Virus record (IMG/VR): IMGVR_UViG_3300010345_000156
Length of the DNA stretch: 54,247 nt
DNA from: an uncultured virus (IMG/VR IMGVR_UViG_3300010345_000156)
Taxonomy: Duplodnaviria; Heunggongvirae; Uroviricota; Caudoviricetes
Reading direction: 5' to 3' (one strand)
Part shown: one piece after another, positions 1-10,108 of the stretch
Layout: every line of letters begins with the position of its first letter
Position numbering within the stretch: position 1 is the stretch's first letter
The notes under the pieces: model-generated
Databases searched by the model: none
What the model was told of the DNA's origin: nothing
Seen by the model: only the letters and a program-made list of their open reading frames with translations
Program-made: the position numbers and the translations under genes

Positions 1-2
1 AT

Positions 3-3000
3 ACTTCTACATTAAATATAAATCCAATTACAGAACAATATACAACAGAAGATATATTGAATGTTACTGGAAATGTTTATAATAAAGATTTTTCTAAAGT
101 TTTATTAGTTAATGGAAATAGTTATACAGATTCTTTAGATAGTTTAGAGTTTGGTTATATAACATCTTCTGGATTTATTTCTGTAGGGTTTGGAACAATT
201 ATTTCTACAATAGGTTCAAGTGCAAATTTTAGCTTCTCTTGGACATCTCCTATTGTTGGAGTATCGTTATTATCAGCAATTTCAAGGACTAAATTTGGAA
301 CAGTTGCTTATGGTGAAGTTACATTTAATGCAATTACACAAAGACCAACGATAACAATAATTTCTCCAAATAGTAATCAAGAAATTGCTTTATTACAAGA
401 TTTTACATTAAGTGCTTCTACTGCTTACTTAACAAATCCTGTAGAAAGTTTAAATTTTTATATAGTAAATGATAGTATAGTTTCTGCTATAGGTTCTGCT
501 ACATCTGCTGGGATAAATTCTTGGTCCAAATCTTTTTCTCCTTCAGCATATGGTCCAGGAAGATATTCGATTTATGCAACATGTTTAGATAATTTAAGTT
601 TATCAGCATCTTCAAATTATGTAGATATTACAATAAACTCTTTACCAGAATATTTTCAAATATCAGAAACTTCTTCTACACATTCTGGAATTTATACTTA
701 TCAAATTAAAATTTCTGATGTAGATTCTTATTATAATAATTTGGTTGAAATAATATCTGCTGGATCGGTTTACACTTCTGGTTATGCAAATGGATTTGGA
801 GATTTTATTTGGAATTGGGTAAATCCTCCAAACGGAATTCATAATCTATCAGCAAAAATTTATGATGGTAATCCAAGTGTTTCTTCAGATTACTCAATAT
901 TTCCATTCACTTTAGATCTGAATAAAATCGAAATTTCAGTTTCTTATCCAAGTTATCCTTTAGCTAGGGTGAATAATTTAGAAATTTCTCCATCAGTGAA
1001 GGTGATAACGACTGATACAAATGTTATAGCAACACCTTCTATAATTGGTGATGTTTCTGAAGTAAATTATTGGTTATGTGATTATGATTTTTCTACAAGT
1101 TCTTATTATAAAAAAGAAATTTTAGAAACTTCTGTAACAAATCCATATGATGTAAGTTTTAATTTACCATCTTCTAGAAAATTTGTTAACACTTCTTCCA
1201 GATATAATTTCTATGGGGTTATTGCTGAAGCAGTTTCTACAAATGGTTCTTCAATAGAATCTGATATAACTTATTTTTATGTAAAAGAGCAAAGCGTATC
1301 TGGAGATATTTTTAATAATACTTGTTCAAATCCAATTATTTTCTCAGGGGAATTTTTAGATTCAGATCTTCCATTCTCTAGATTGAACACCATTATAGAT
1401 AATTCAATTTCAGCAACTGTCTACGAACTAACTTCTGGAACATATCTAGGAACCGTCTCACAAGGCTCTAGAATCAATGAGAATATTCCATATACATATT
1501 CTTGGTCAAATCCTTTATCATCGGTTTCTGCGGTATCTGTGAGGCTTGTAGATGCTTATGGAATATCTGCATCACAAACAATTGATTATGGTGGATTAGA
1601 TGTTCGACCAGAAATTTCTTTATTATCTGGAATGAATTTTATTGCGAGTACTTTTGGAACATTTTATCTAGTATCTGCTGGGAATGTTTCGGTTTCTGCT
1701 TATACTTCTGCTTCAAAGATTAAGGAAGTAAGTTTTAGATTTCAAACATCTTCTGTAGAAACTATTAGCGCAGATGTTAATAAAGTTGGAGTGATAAATG
1801 TTCCAAATACTGATGGAAGTTTTTCTCTACAAGCTTATGTAAAGACATCTGGAAATTGTGAAGATTATTCTGATCCATATTATTTTGTAGCATTAAGACA
1901 AATTTCTGGAAATATCTATCCTGATAACTGTTCTACATGTTATTGTAATGGTGGTAATTTAAGAATCGCTGGAAACTTATACGATCCAAATTTTGAAAAT
2001 GGTGCTTTGATTGGATATTTTGGAAGATCTATTTCAGCAGAACTTTATGATAATTTTGATAATTTGATTTCAAACATTTCTAGTCAAATTTCTTATGGTC
2101 AAGGTTCTTTTGAAACTATTTGGGAAAATCCAGTTGTTGGAACTAGTTCAGTATATTTAAAAGTAACTGATAATAATGGAGTTATCCAAACTATATCAAA
2201 AGTCCTTTCAAGGTCTATATATGAATCACCAGTATTAAATTTCATTAGTCCGGTCGATTATTCAATTTCTTCCACAGTTTACAGACAAGATAATTCTATA
2301 TATTTTTCTTCAAACGTTTCTAGTACAGATTTGATTGGAGTTAAATATTATGTGAATGGAAATCTTATTGGAATTTCAAACAATCCTTCTAATGGATTTT
2401 TGTTAGATTGGAATGTAGATAAACTTCCAGGATCTTATAATGTTTCAGCAATAGCATTAAATTCAAATGGATGTTATTCTATAGCTTCTAAAAATATAAT
2501 GGTTGCTAATAGTCCTTCTACAAACTTTATATATCCAGTTCAAAATGGCTATTATCAATCTGGAAATATTTTAAGTGCATTTGTAGATTCTAAAGGAAAT
2601 TCTCCAGCATCTGTTTCTTCAGTTAATATATCTTTTGATAATACAATTTTCCCAACTGTTTATTCGAGTGCTAGTAAACTTTGGGAAACTTCATTATCTG
2701 CAATTTCTTCAGCGGTTTCAAATTATACTCTATCGGCATTTGCTTACGATACATTAAATCAAGTAACTGTAAAAGAAATTACTATAAACATTTCTAATGC
2801 TCCAGAATTTAATTTTACTGTATCTGGCTTAACAGATGTTTCAGCAAATTATAATACATTAATTCCAATAGAGATTTCTGGATATTCTATAAATGGTTCT
2901 AAATTAGTATCTGCATATTTGAATATCTCCGGTGCAAATGTTTCTATAACCTCTTCTGGAATAAATGAATTTTATAAAGAGATATTAGTTCCAAGATATT

Positions 3001-3167
3001 TTACTTCTGGGAACAATTCAGTATCTGCATATGTTATAGATGATGTTGGAGCAATTGGAGTAAGAACTATCAGTCTTTATATATTTCCTTATACTGGATT
3101 AATATCATATCCGGTAATTAAAAATGTTGGTTCAACTCCAGATAGTAAAGTTGTGTATAGGTTATAA
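3..3167 (+). CDS. Large Ser/Thr-rich virion structural protein with repeated Ig-like (Big) domains; 5'-truncated by the window edge
   Basis: The frame is open from base 3, upstream of the TTG at 57. It has repeated beta-rich units (PTITIISP..., PVLNFISP...YYVNG...WNV...PGSYNVSAIA) and lies next to baseplate and fibre genes. Confidence 0.7.
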   Translation, partial: TSTLNINPITEQYTTEDILNVTGNVYNKDFSKVLLVNGNSYTDSLDSLEFGYITSSGFISVGFGTIISTIGSSANFSFSWTSPIVGVSLLSAISRTKFGTVAYGEVTFNAITQRPTITIISPNSNQEIALLQDFTLSASTAYLTNPVESLNFYIVNDSIVSAIGSATSAGINSWSKSFSPSAYGPGRYSIYATCLDNLSLSASSNYVDITINSLPEYFQISETSSTHSGIYTYQIKISDVDSYYNNLVEIISAGSVYTSGYANGFGDFIWNWVNPPNGIHNLSAKIYDGNPSVSSDYSIFPFTLDLNKIEISVSYPSYPLARVNNLEISPSVKVITTDTNVIATPSIIGDVSEVNYWLCDYDFSTSSYYKKEILETSVTNPYDVSFNLPSSRKFVNTSSRYNFYGVIAEAVSTNGSSIESDITYFYVKEQSVSGDIFNNTCSNPIIFSGEFLDSDLPFSRLNTIIDNSISATVYELTSGTYLGTVSQGSRINENIPYTYSWSNPLSSVSAVSVRLVDAYGISASQTIDYGGLDVRPEISLLSGMNFIASTFGTFYLVSAGNVSVSAYTSASKIKEVSFRFQTSSVETISADVNKVGVINVPNTDGSFSLQAYVKTSGNCEDYSDPYYFVALRQISGNIYPDNCSTCYCNGGNLRIAGNLYDPNFENGALIGYFGRSISAELYDNFDNLISNISSQISYGQGSFETIWENPVVGTSSVYLKVTDNNGVIQTISKVLSRSIYESPVLNFISPVDYSISSTVYRQDNSIYFSSNVSSTDLIGVKYYVNGNLIGISNNPSNGFLLDWNVDKLPGSYNVSAIALNSNGCYSIASKNIMVANSPSTNFIYPVQNGYYQSGNILSAFVDSKGNSPASVSSVNISFDNTIFPTVYSSASKLWETSLSAISSAVSNYTLSAFAYDTLNQVTVKEITINISNAPEFNFTVSGLTDVSANYNTLIPIEISGYSINGSKLVSAYLNISGANVSITSSGINEFYKEILVPRYFTSGNNSVSAYVIDDVGAIGVRTISLYIFPYTGLISYPVIKNVGSTPDSKVVYRL

Positions 3168-3170
3168 ATA
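3163..3170 (+). promoter_or_regulatory. T4-type late promoter TATAAATA
   Basis: Exact T4 gp55 consensus, overlapping the stop codon, 3 nt before ATG 3174. Variants occur at 4209, 14983, 15081, 16439, 17304, 39329, 40439 and 42823, and on the minus strand at 20274-20281 and 23878-23885. Confidence 0.7.
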
Positions 3171-3173
3171 ATC

Positions 3174-4208
3174 ATGATGAATAACTTTATATATACAACT
3201 TTTGAAATTTCTGATTATACAAATGGAATAGTTTCTGCAACAATTGGATTAACTCCAAATAGTGTAGGAACTATCATAACTTCTGGAATTCAAAATGTAG
3301 ATAATAATTCTAAATTTTTAGTTCCTATAGAAATTTCTGCAACTGGTTATGTAGAGATTTCAGCAACTAACTTTGTAGATCAAACTACAACTGTTAGAGA
3401 AAATAATTTTATAATCGGTTGTAGTACTGGAAGAAAAACAAATTTGACAAGATTTCTTCCAATTAATTATAGAGATAAACCAAATGGTGATCCTTCAGAA
3501 TTATTTGAATTTACAAAAGTATTTGAAGATTATTTAAACACAATTTATACAAACGTAGATGAAGGTTGTAACTTATCTATATTAGAAAAAATTAAAAGAT
3601 TACAAGATTTTAGAAGTATAGATAGAATAGAATCCCAATACATTTATCAATATGGAAATATGTTAGGATATGACGTTGGTATTAATAAATCTGAAATGGG
3701 AACTTTTGCTAATGTATCTGGAACTTATGCTGATACATTTGAAGAATATCAAGAAAAATGTTTAAGATTTGTTGTTGGCAATCTTCCTAATTGGTATTCT
3801 ATAAAGACAACTAGAAATGCTGTAAAAATTATGTTATTATCGTTTGGAATAATTGGTGATTTAATAGAAAATTATTCTTTAGATTATAATATTTTCTGGA
3901 AACAAAATAGAACAACTGCTGGACAATATGTTGCAAATAACATTTCTAAAGAATGGTTTCCAACACCACACGTTTCTGTAGGTATAGATTTAAGAAATAC
4001 TCCACATGAAAAGGCTTATTCAGATTCTGTAAAAAATGTAATAAACTCTATGGAATCAATTCGTCCTGCAAATGTAGTTATAGAAAGTTTACAAGGATAT
4101 GTTTCTTCCGATGAATCTAATACTACAAGAGCTATAAATCTTTCTATGTCATTTAAAGCATCTAAATCTATAAATGTTACTAGAACACAACAATTGAATT
4201 TGACATAA
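3174..4208 (+). CDS. Baseplate wedge protein (T4 gp7 / P2 gpI-like)
   Basis: Pattern FLPINY...FTKVFEDYL...LQDFRSID...YGNMLGY...IRPANV is typical of gpI/gp7-like wedge proteins. It lies immediately upstream of the tail fibre. Confidence 0.6.
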   Translation: MMNNFIYTTFEISDYTNGIVSATIGLTPNSVGTIITSGIQNVDNNSKFLVPIEISATGYVEISATNFVDQTTTVRENNFIIGCSTGRKTNLTRFLPINYRDKPNGDPSELFEFTKVFEDYLNTIYTNVDEGCNLSILEKIKRLQDFRSIDRIESQYIYQYGNMLGYDVGINKSEMGTFANVSGTYADTFEEYQEKCLRFVVGNLPNWYSIKTTRNAVKIMLLSFGIIGDLIENYSLDYNIFWKQNRTTAGQYVANNISKEWFPTPHVSVGIDLRNTPHEKAYSDSVKNVINSMESIRPANVVIESLQGYVSSDESNTTRAINLSMSFKASKSINVTRTQQLNLT

Positions 4209-4238
4209 GATAAATAATTCCATAAAACTGAGGTTGAT

Positions 4239-7200
4239 ATGAATTTAGGAATTTGCTCATACATTACATCTGCTGGATTAAAAGCTGTTACATCTGCTGG
4301 TGTTTTGGGACCATATTTTGCAATCAAGTATTTTATTCCAATTTATGATTATAGACTTGATAAAACTATTTGTAGAGGAGTTTCTGGATTAACTTCAGCG
4401 GTTTCAGTAAGTTCTTTAAATTTAGTTTCTGCAACACATTCTACATTATTTGGTGAAAAAATTTATGCAAATGGAAATTACTCACTGTCTGAAAATCAAT
4501 TCTTATATTGGGATAGTGATATGGGAAGTCTTATAGATGGTGTTAATAATAATGTACCATCTCGACAAAGTGTTTCAACAGATGTAACATTTGAATCTGG
4601 AAAACCTTTATCTGTAGTTGTTTCTGGATCTAAATTTCAATCTCTTCAAGAAGGATTTTTTAACATATCTGGAACGCATCAATATACTGCTGGTGAAGTT
4701 TCTACATATAATCCTTTATCCGCTGCTTCATGGCCTTTGAGTGCTTTTTATAGAGTTGCTGGATATACTCCAAATGAAAATGGATTAACTTCTGCAACAG
4801 GAACTTTCAAATGTAGAATTCCTCCATCAACTGGATCTTTTAAATTTAATGGATTGGCTTTATATGCTGTAAAAGTTGATGGGAATGGTTTTGATGATTA
4901 TGGTAATGGTTCTACTTTTGGATTTAACCCTACATTATTTTCGGTAATTCTTTTTGATCAGGCGCAATATAAAGAAGATTCTGTTGGTGGGATAAATGAT
5001 TTTGAAATTTCAGTCGATTTAGGATTTGATTGGAATGTAATAACTTCTGGGACCTCGGCAGTAGCAAAATATATAGAAACAAATTATTGGGTGAAAATGC
5101 CTACATCAACTTCTACATCTGCTTATGGATTAAGTTATGATGGTGATGTTGTAATTTCTTCTTCGGCTGTTGCTGGATCTTATCAACCAAGAGCAAAACT
5201 AACTGTAACAGATCCTTATCAAACTCAAATGAGACTAGCAAATGATAATGGGAGATTTACAGATTTTAGAACAATAAGATTTTCTAAAAATTTATCTGGA
5301 CCAGTTCCTAATACAGATGATAGAGCAGTGATGTCTATAGATACTTCATGTCCTGATGATTCTTTAATTCAAATTGGTTATAAAACTTCTGCATATGGTA
5401 TAAAATCTGTAGCAATTGGATGTTATACTTCAGCACTAGGATATACTGAAGGTGTTGAAGGATTTAATGGTGATGGTGGATATACTGTAGCTGTCGGTGT
5501 AAAAAATATTGCAACTGGATTTGGGTCAATTGCTTTAGGAAATGAAACTTCTTCTTTTGGATATTTAAATTTTGTTGGTGGAGATAGTTCTATTGCAGCA
5601 ACTGATAATACGGATCCTGATGAAAGATCTAAATCCGGATTAAATTTTGCATATGGTAAAGAAGTTTCTGCAATTTCTAGAGCATATGGTGGAGCATCTT
5701 TTGATTATGGAACTCTTGGAGATATTTTTGCTGAAGATGAATCATATGGATCTAATATTGCTTTTGGTGTAAGATCATTATCAAAAGGTGGATTAAGTTT
5801 TGTAAATGGTTCTAATGTTTCTGCGACTGGTGTAAATGCTTTTGGATTAGGATATAATAACTTAGCAAAAGGACATTTCTCATTTGTTGGTGGTATAAAT
5901 TCTTTTGCAAATTCTGATATAAATTTTGTATATGGTTCTGGAATTTCCGCATATTCACCAGTTTCTTTTGGTTATGGTAGAAATATTTTACTTGGAGATA
6001 AAGATTCTGTTGGAAGTTCTACATTTAATATTGCTCTTGGTGATAATTTAAGTGCCACAAATCATCATGCAATTGCTTTGGGATCTTATGCCGTAGCTAA
6101 TGCTCTAAATTCTATTGCAATTGGTCAAAACTATTATGAAAAAACTTATGCTACTGGTATAAATTCTTTGGCAATTGGTTGTGAAACTTCCTCTATGGGA
6201 TTAAATTCTATTGCAATCGGTTATAGAAATAAATCAGATAATACTAGATCTATTTCGATCGGTTCCGAAAACATTTCAAATGGTGTTGGGGCTATTGCAA
6301 TTGGATATAAAGTTTCCGCATCTGGTATGAATTCTTTGGCGATGAGTAATGAAACAAGTGCTTCTGGGAATACGTCACAATCTTTTGGTTATAAGACTTT
6401 AGCTTCTGGAGATTATTCTACAACATTTGGTGAACAAACTACAGCGAACGGTAAAGGATCTTTTGTTGGTGGATTTTTCTCTTCAGCAAATGGGAATTAT
6501 TCTTTAGCTTTCGGTAAATATGCAAAAACCGATTTTGATTCATCTATTGCATTAGGATATGAAGCAAAATCATTATATGAAAAATCCATTGCTATTGGTG
6601 CTGGTGCAGAAACTACTCAAGAAAACCAAATTATGTTAGGTTCTTGTGATACTGATATCGTACTTAAAGGAAGATCTATTTCAATCGGTGGTGGCTGTAA
6701 TTCTAATGTATCTATTCCAGGAATTTCTCAATTTAATGATTCTATAAGATTTAAATTAGAATTTATTGGTTCTGATGATCGATCTAAAAATAATCCATAT
6801 AGAGATTTAAATGTTGAAATTACTAGAAGTGGTTTGACTAGAAAAATTCTTATGAGAGAGACTGGTTATAATACTAATTTATTTGATGTATTGGAAATAT
6901 CAAACGGCCCAATTTATTCTAGTCATATACAAGATGTTTTAACACCAATTCAGGTCGGTGATAGATTAGTTTTTAGACGACAAGTTTTTCCTCAATTAAA
7001 TTCAAGAGCTATGAATTTCTTAATATCACTCGACAAAGGAAATGATTATATTTATTTTGATATATATGAAATATCAACTAGTACTGCTGGAAGAACTACT
7101 GTTGATTATATAAAAACTAATGATGAAAAATATAGAAATATAATATATTATTCTATTTGTGATACAGATGGTCCAGCAGACACACACTATGTAAAATGGA

Positions 7201-7502
7201 TTCCTGGAATTAATATGGTCAATACTTATTTAAACTATGATAAGAAAAATTGTGATTTAGTATTAACAATAAATCCAGATGCTAATAATGGTGATGGAAT
7301 GTTTGCTTATGATACTTTTGTTAGATCTAGAGTCGAAACTTTAAAAATTATTGTGAATGTTAATAATGAACAAATTAGAGGAAATCGATTCAAATATGAA
7401 ACTCGTCCAGATGCTACAGGTTCTATGGCTTTAACTGGAATGATTGTTAATAGTGGTGGATATTCTATAGGAACATTACCAATACTTTCATATGGTAGTT
7501 AA
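4239..7502 (+). CDS. Tail fibre / receptor-binding protein with YadA-head-like (Hep_Hag) repeats
   Basis: N-terminal YITSAGL fibre-attachment motif, then many ~14-aa S(I/L)AIG...A.G repeats in the central region. Confidence 0.75.
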   Translation: MNLGICSYITSAGLKAVTSAGVLGPYFAIKYFIPIYDYRLDKTICRGVSGLTSAVSVSSLNLVSATHSTLFGEKIYANGNYSLSENQFLYWDSDMGSLIDGVNNNVPSRQSVSTDVTFESGKPLSVVVSGSKFQSLQEGFFNISGTHQYTAGEVSTYNPLSAASWPLSAFYRVAGYTPNENGLTSATGTFKCRIPPSTGSFKFNGLALYAVKVDGNGFDDYGNGSTFGFNPTLFSVILFDQAQYKEDSVGGINDFEISVDLGFDWNVITSGTSAVAKYIETNYWVKMPTSTSTSAYGLSYDGDVVISSSAVAGSYQPRAKLTVTDPYQTQMRLANDNGRFTDFRTIRFSKNLSGPVPNTDDRAVMSIDTSCPDDSLIQIGYKTSAYGIKSVAIGCYTSALGYTEGVEGFNGDGGYTVAVGVKNIATGFGSIALGNETSSFGYLNFVGGDSSIAATDNTDPDERSKSGLNFAYGKEVSAISRAYGGASFDYGTLGDIFAEDESYGSNIAFGVRSLSKGGLSFVNGSNVSATGVNAFGLGYNNLAKGHFSFVGGINSFANSDINFVYGSGISAYSPVSFGYGRNILLGDKDSVGSSTFNIALGDNLSATNHHAIALGSYAVANALNSIAIGQNYYEKTYATGINSLAIGCETSSMGLNSIAIGYRNKSDNTRSISIGSENISNGVGAIAIGYKVSASGMNSLAMSNETSASGNTSQSFGYKTLASGDYSTTFGEQTTANGKGSFVGGFFSSANGNYSLAFGKYAKTDFDSSIALGYEAKSLYEKSIAIGAGAETTQENQIMLGSCDTDIVLKGRSISIGGGCNSNVSIPGISQFNDSIRFKLEFIGSDDRSKNNPYRDLNVEITRSGLTRKILMRETGYNTNLFDVLEISNGPIYSSHIQDVLTPIQVGDRLVFRRQVFPQLNSRAMNFLISLDKGNDYIYFDIYEISTSTAGRTTVDYIKTNDEKYRNIIYYSICDTDGPADTHYVKWIPGINMVNTYLNYDKKNCDLVLTINPDANNGDGMFAYDTFVRSRVETLKIIVNVNNEQIRGNRFKYETRPDATGSMALTGMIVNSGGYSIGTLPILSYGS

Positions 7503-7507
7503 TAATA

Positions 7508-7795
7508 ATGAAAAATAAAGATATTGAAAAAATATATAATGCATGTTCAAAGGTTCCTAAAAGTTTATCTTTAGATTTGAAGAAAAAACTTTTTAGGAAT
7601 CGTCAGAATATTATTTCAGAACATTCTTTCATTCAAGATATGCGACAAAATTGTACTGAAGAAGAATTAAGAATATTTTTAAATGAAGAAACAAAAATAT
7701 TAAATATAGAATTTATAAATATAGAAGAATTGCCAGATGATATAAATGAATTTGAGCAAGAGTTTTTAGATGGGATTTTTTTAATAACCAATTGA
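7508..7795 (+). CDS. Hypothetical protein, possibly a fibre assembly chaperone
   Basis: ORF directly after the fibre gene, with an acidic C-terminus resembling that of the next ORF. Confidence 0.5.
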   Translation: MKNKDIEKIYNACSKVPKSLSLDLKKKLFRNRQNIISEHSFIQDMRQNCTEEELRIFLNEETKILNIEFINIEELPDDINEFEQEFLDGIFLITN

Positions 7796-7803
7796 GGTAA
7801 TAT

Positions 7804-8229
7804 ATGAAGTTAAGTAGAGATAGATTTTATAGATTGAATAAAGATATGTTAAACATAGATTCTAAGAAATATAATAAGTATTTTCTTTTTATGATTTCTT
7901 ATAATAAGAAAATGTTAGAGTCAATTGTAGAAGAAATTGAATTAAGAGCTAAAAATGTATATACGAAAGAATTTTATGAATATCAGAATAGAAGTAATAA
8001 GATTTTTGAAACATATAAAGATGAAGAAACTATTACCAATGAATTTAAAAATTTGAATGAAGAGTTTAAAGATTCTATAGAAAAATTCAAAATAGATATT
8101 CCAGAATTTGAAAAATGGATTTCAGAAGATATAGAATTAGAATTAAGAAAGATTGAATTTGCACATGTTCCTGATGAATTAGAAAAATCAGTATATGAAT
8201 CTTTAGAAATTCTTTTTATGGAGCCTTAA
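7804..8229 (+). CDS. Hypothetical helical protein, possibly a fibre assembly chaperone
   Basis: GAGG RBS; position in the operon. Confidence 0.55.
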   Translation: MKLSRDRFYRLNKDMLNIDSKKYNKYFLFMISYNKKMLESIVEEIELRAKNVYTKEFYEYQNRSNKIFETYKDEETITNEFKNLNEEFKDSIEKFKIDIPEFEKWISEDIELELRKIEFAHVPDELEKSVYESLEILFMEP

Positions 8230-8232
8230 TAA

Positions 8233-8763
8233 ATGGCTATTCCTAATATACAACATTCAGATAAACTATTAGTAACAATATCTAATATTCCCGGATATAT
8301 ACCTAAAACTGAAAATAAAGATAATATGGGACTTTATGATTTGTATATTAAGGAAGTCACATTTCCAGAACATAAAATAGATTTGATAGAGTCTCATAAT
8401 ATGGGGTTTCACATCAATCATCCTGGATCTAAAATAAATGATACTCTTGGAACTTTATCAATTACATTTAAACTTTCAGAAGGTATGAAAAATTGGTATT
8501 ATATTTATAGATGGATAAAGGGTTTAAGAGAAGGTGAAAATATAGATAATGAAAAGTTTTATAGATTGAATATAATAAAAGAAATTCGTTTAACATTTTT
8601 AGATAATGAAAAAAGACCTCAGTGGTATTATAAAATGATTAATTGTTTCATTACAAATTTAGGTGGATTGAGTTTTACGAATGGTCGAGACGAAGAGATG
8701 ACATTCACTATAGATGTTACATATGAAGATTTTGGAATTGAAGAAGGTGAATGTAATGATTGA
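8233..8763 (+). CDS. Tail tube terminator / sheath stabiliser (T4 gp3-like, tube fold)
   Basis: TLSITFKLSEGMKNWYYIYRWI...LTFLDNEK...NCFITNLGGLSF...FTIDVTY matches the gp3/gp19 pattern. Confidence 0.7.
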   Translation: MAIPNIQHSDKLLVTISNIPGYIPKTENKDNMGLYDLYIKEVTFPEHKIDLIESHNMGFHINHPGSKINDTLGTLSITFKLSEGMKNWYYIYRWIKGLREGENIDNEKFYRLNIIKEIRLTFLDNEKRPQWYYKMINCFITNLGGLSFTNGRDEEMTFTIDVTYEDFGIEEGECND

Positions 8764-9127
8764 AATTATACCAAAAGTTAATATAAACATAATTGAAGAA
8801 ACTTTGACAAGAATGGGAATTGTTGATAAGAAAAATAAAATCTTATACCCATCTTGTTTGTTGTTTAAAGATATAGATTCAAAATATTTTATTTGTCATT
8901 TTAAAGAAATGTTTCAAATAAGAAAAACTAAACCAAGTTTTGATAATATGTCTGAAGAAGATATTTTGAGAATGAATTCCGTTGCAGTATTATTAGAAGA
9001 ATGGGATATGTTAGATTTAATAGATTTTCCAGAAGAAGTTGATACTGTATATGTTTCTACAATTCCGTATAATGAAAAGTATAAATGGACGATTAAGCAA
9101 AAATTTAACATAAGGACATTAATATGA
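8756..9127 (+). CDS. regA: Translational repressor RegA
   Basis: MIEI...ETLTRMGI.DKKNKILYPSC...HFKEM...EEDILR.NSVA.LLEEW closely follows T4 RegA. Start moved to ATG 8756. Confidence 0.92.
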   Translation: MIEIIPKVNINIIEETLTRMGIVDKKNKILYPSCLLFKDIDSKYFICHFKEMFQIRKTKPSFDNMSEEDILRMNSVAVLLEEWDMLDLIDFPEEVDTVYVSTIPYNEKYKWTIKQKFNIRTLI

Positions 9128-9672
9128 AATTGAATATATTTTTATTACTGTTTGGAATTTGTTTAGGAATTCTTGGTTATAATAAATTTTTAGATTCTCC
9201 TAATAAAGAGATTACAAAATATATTAATAAAATTGATACAATATATAACGAAAGACAAATTTACAAAAGAGATACTGTAATTGTAAAACAAAAGATTATA
9301 ATAAACCATTTCGATACAATAGTAAAAAATATAGATTCAGTCTTTAATTCCGATAACGATTCTTTAAAGCAGAAATTATTTGATTCTACATTTCCTACAT
9401 CTTTATATGATTCTTTTAAAATTATAGATGCTACAAATTCTCAAGCAAAATCTGCAATAGAGTATAGAAATTTATTCTCTAGAGATAGTTCTTTATTGGA
9501 TATTTGTGAAGAGAATGTAAAAAATTGCGATGAGAGTTTAGATAAAGTTAAAGCACAGATAGATTCTTTGAAATTAGTAAAACCTAAGAATAATTTTTGG
9601 AAAGGTTTTGGTGTAGGTTTTGGAACTAGTGTAACAATTTTAGGACTTACATATATATTATTAGCGGAGTAA
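9124..9672 (+). CDS. Membrane-anchored protein (possible spanin-like lysis accessory)
   Basis: Hydrophobic N- and C-terminal segments flank a coiled region. Confidence 0.45.
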   Translation: MKLNIFLLLFGICLGILGYNKFLDSPNKEITKYINKIDTIYNERQIYKRDTVIVKQKIIINHFDTIVKNIDSVFNSDNDSLKQKLFDSTFPTSLYDSFKIIDATNSQAKSAIEYRNLFSRDSSLLDICEENVKNCDESLDKVKAQIDSLKLVKPKNNFWKGFGVGFGTSVTILGLTYILLAE

Positions 9673-9676
9673 TCAA

Positions 9677-9949
9677 ATGAATTTTTTAAGTCCTTTCAAA
9701 TGGTTTTTCGGAGCATTATCAGCAGAGTCTAGAAACTTAATGTCTTTAACTAGATTTGTTTTCTTAGTATCTATGTATTTTGCTTGGAAGAAATGGGATG
9801 CTGGAATTGAAATAACTGATTACTTTTTTTATTTTATTTTGATCAATCTTGGATATTTATTTTTTAAGAGTAAGTTCTTAGATTTGATCAACAAAATTTC
9901 TGATGCGATAATTACTCTAAAGAAACCCAAAGGACCAGATAATGGATGA
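9677..9949 (+). CDS. Small two-TM membrane protein (holin-like)
   Basis: Two hydrophobic helices and a basic C-terminus. Confidence 0.45.
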   Translation: MNFLSPFKWFFGALSAESRNLMSLTRFVFLVSMYFAWKKWDAGIEITDYFFYFILINLGYLFFKSKFLDLINKISDAIITLKKPKGPDNG

Positions 9950-10094
9950 TTTTAATTTCGATCAATTTAGTGATATAGTTAAAGATAATTTTTATAAAGA
10001 TGATTTTTCTCATATGTGGAAAGATAGATATGATGAAATTGATTCTGAAAATGACTTTGATGTAGAAGATTCCGAAACACTTGATTTTATTTAA
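9942..10094 (+). CDS. 50-aa highly acidic protein (not in the ORF track)
   Basis: MDDFNFDQFSDIVKD...EDSETLDFI*. AAAGGA upstream; fills the gap before phoH; 18 of 50 residues are D/E. Confidence 0.6.
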   Translation: MDDFNFDQFSDIVKDNFYKDDFSHMWKDRYDEIDSENDFDVEDSETLDFI

Positions 10095-10108
10095 CAAAGA
10101 AGGAATAT

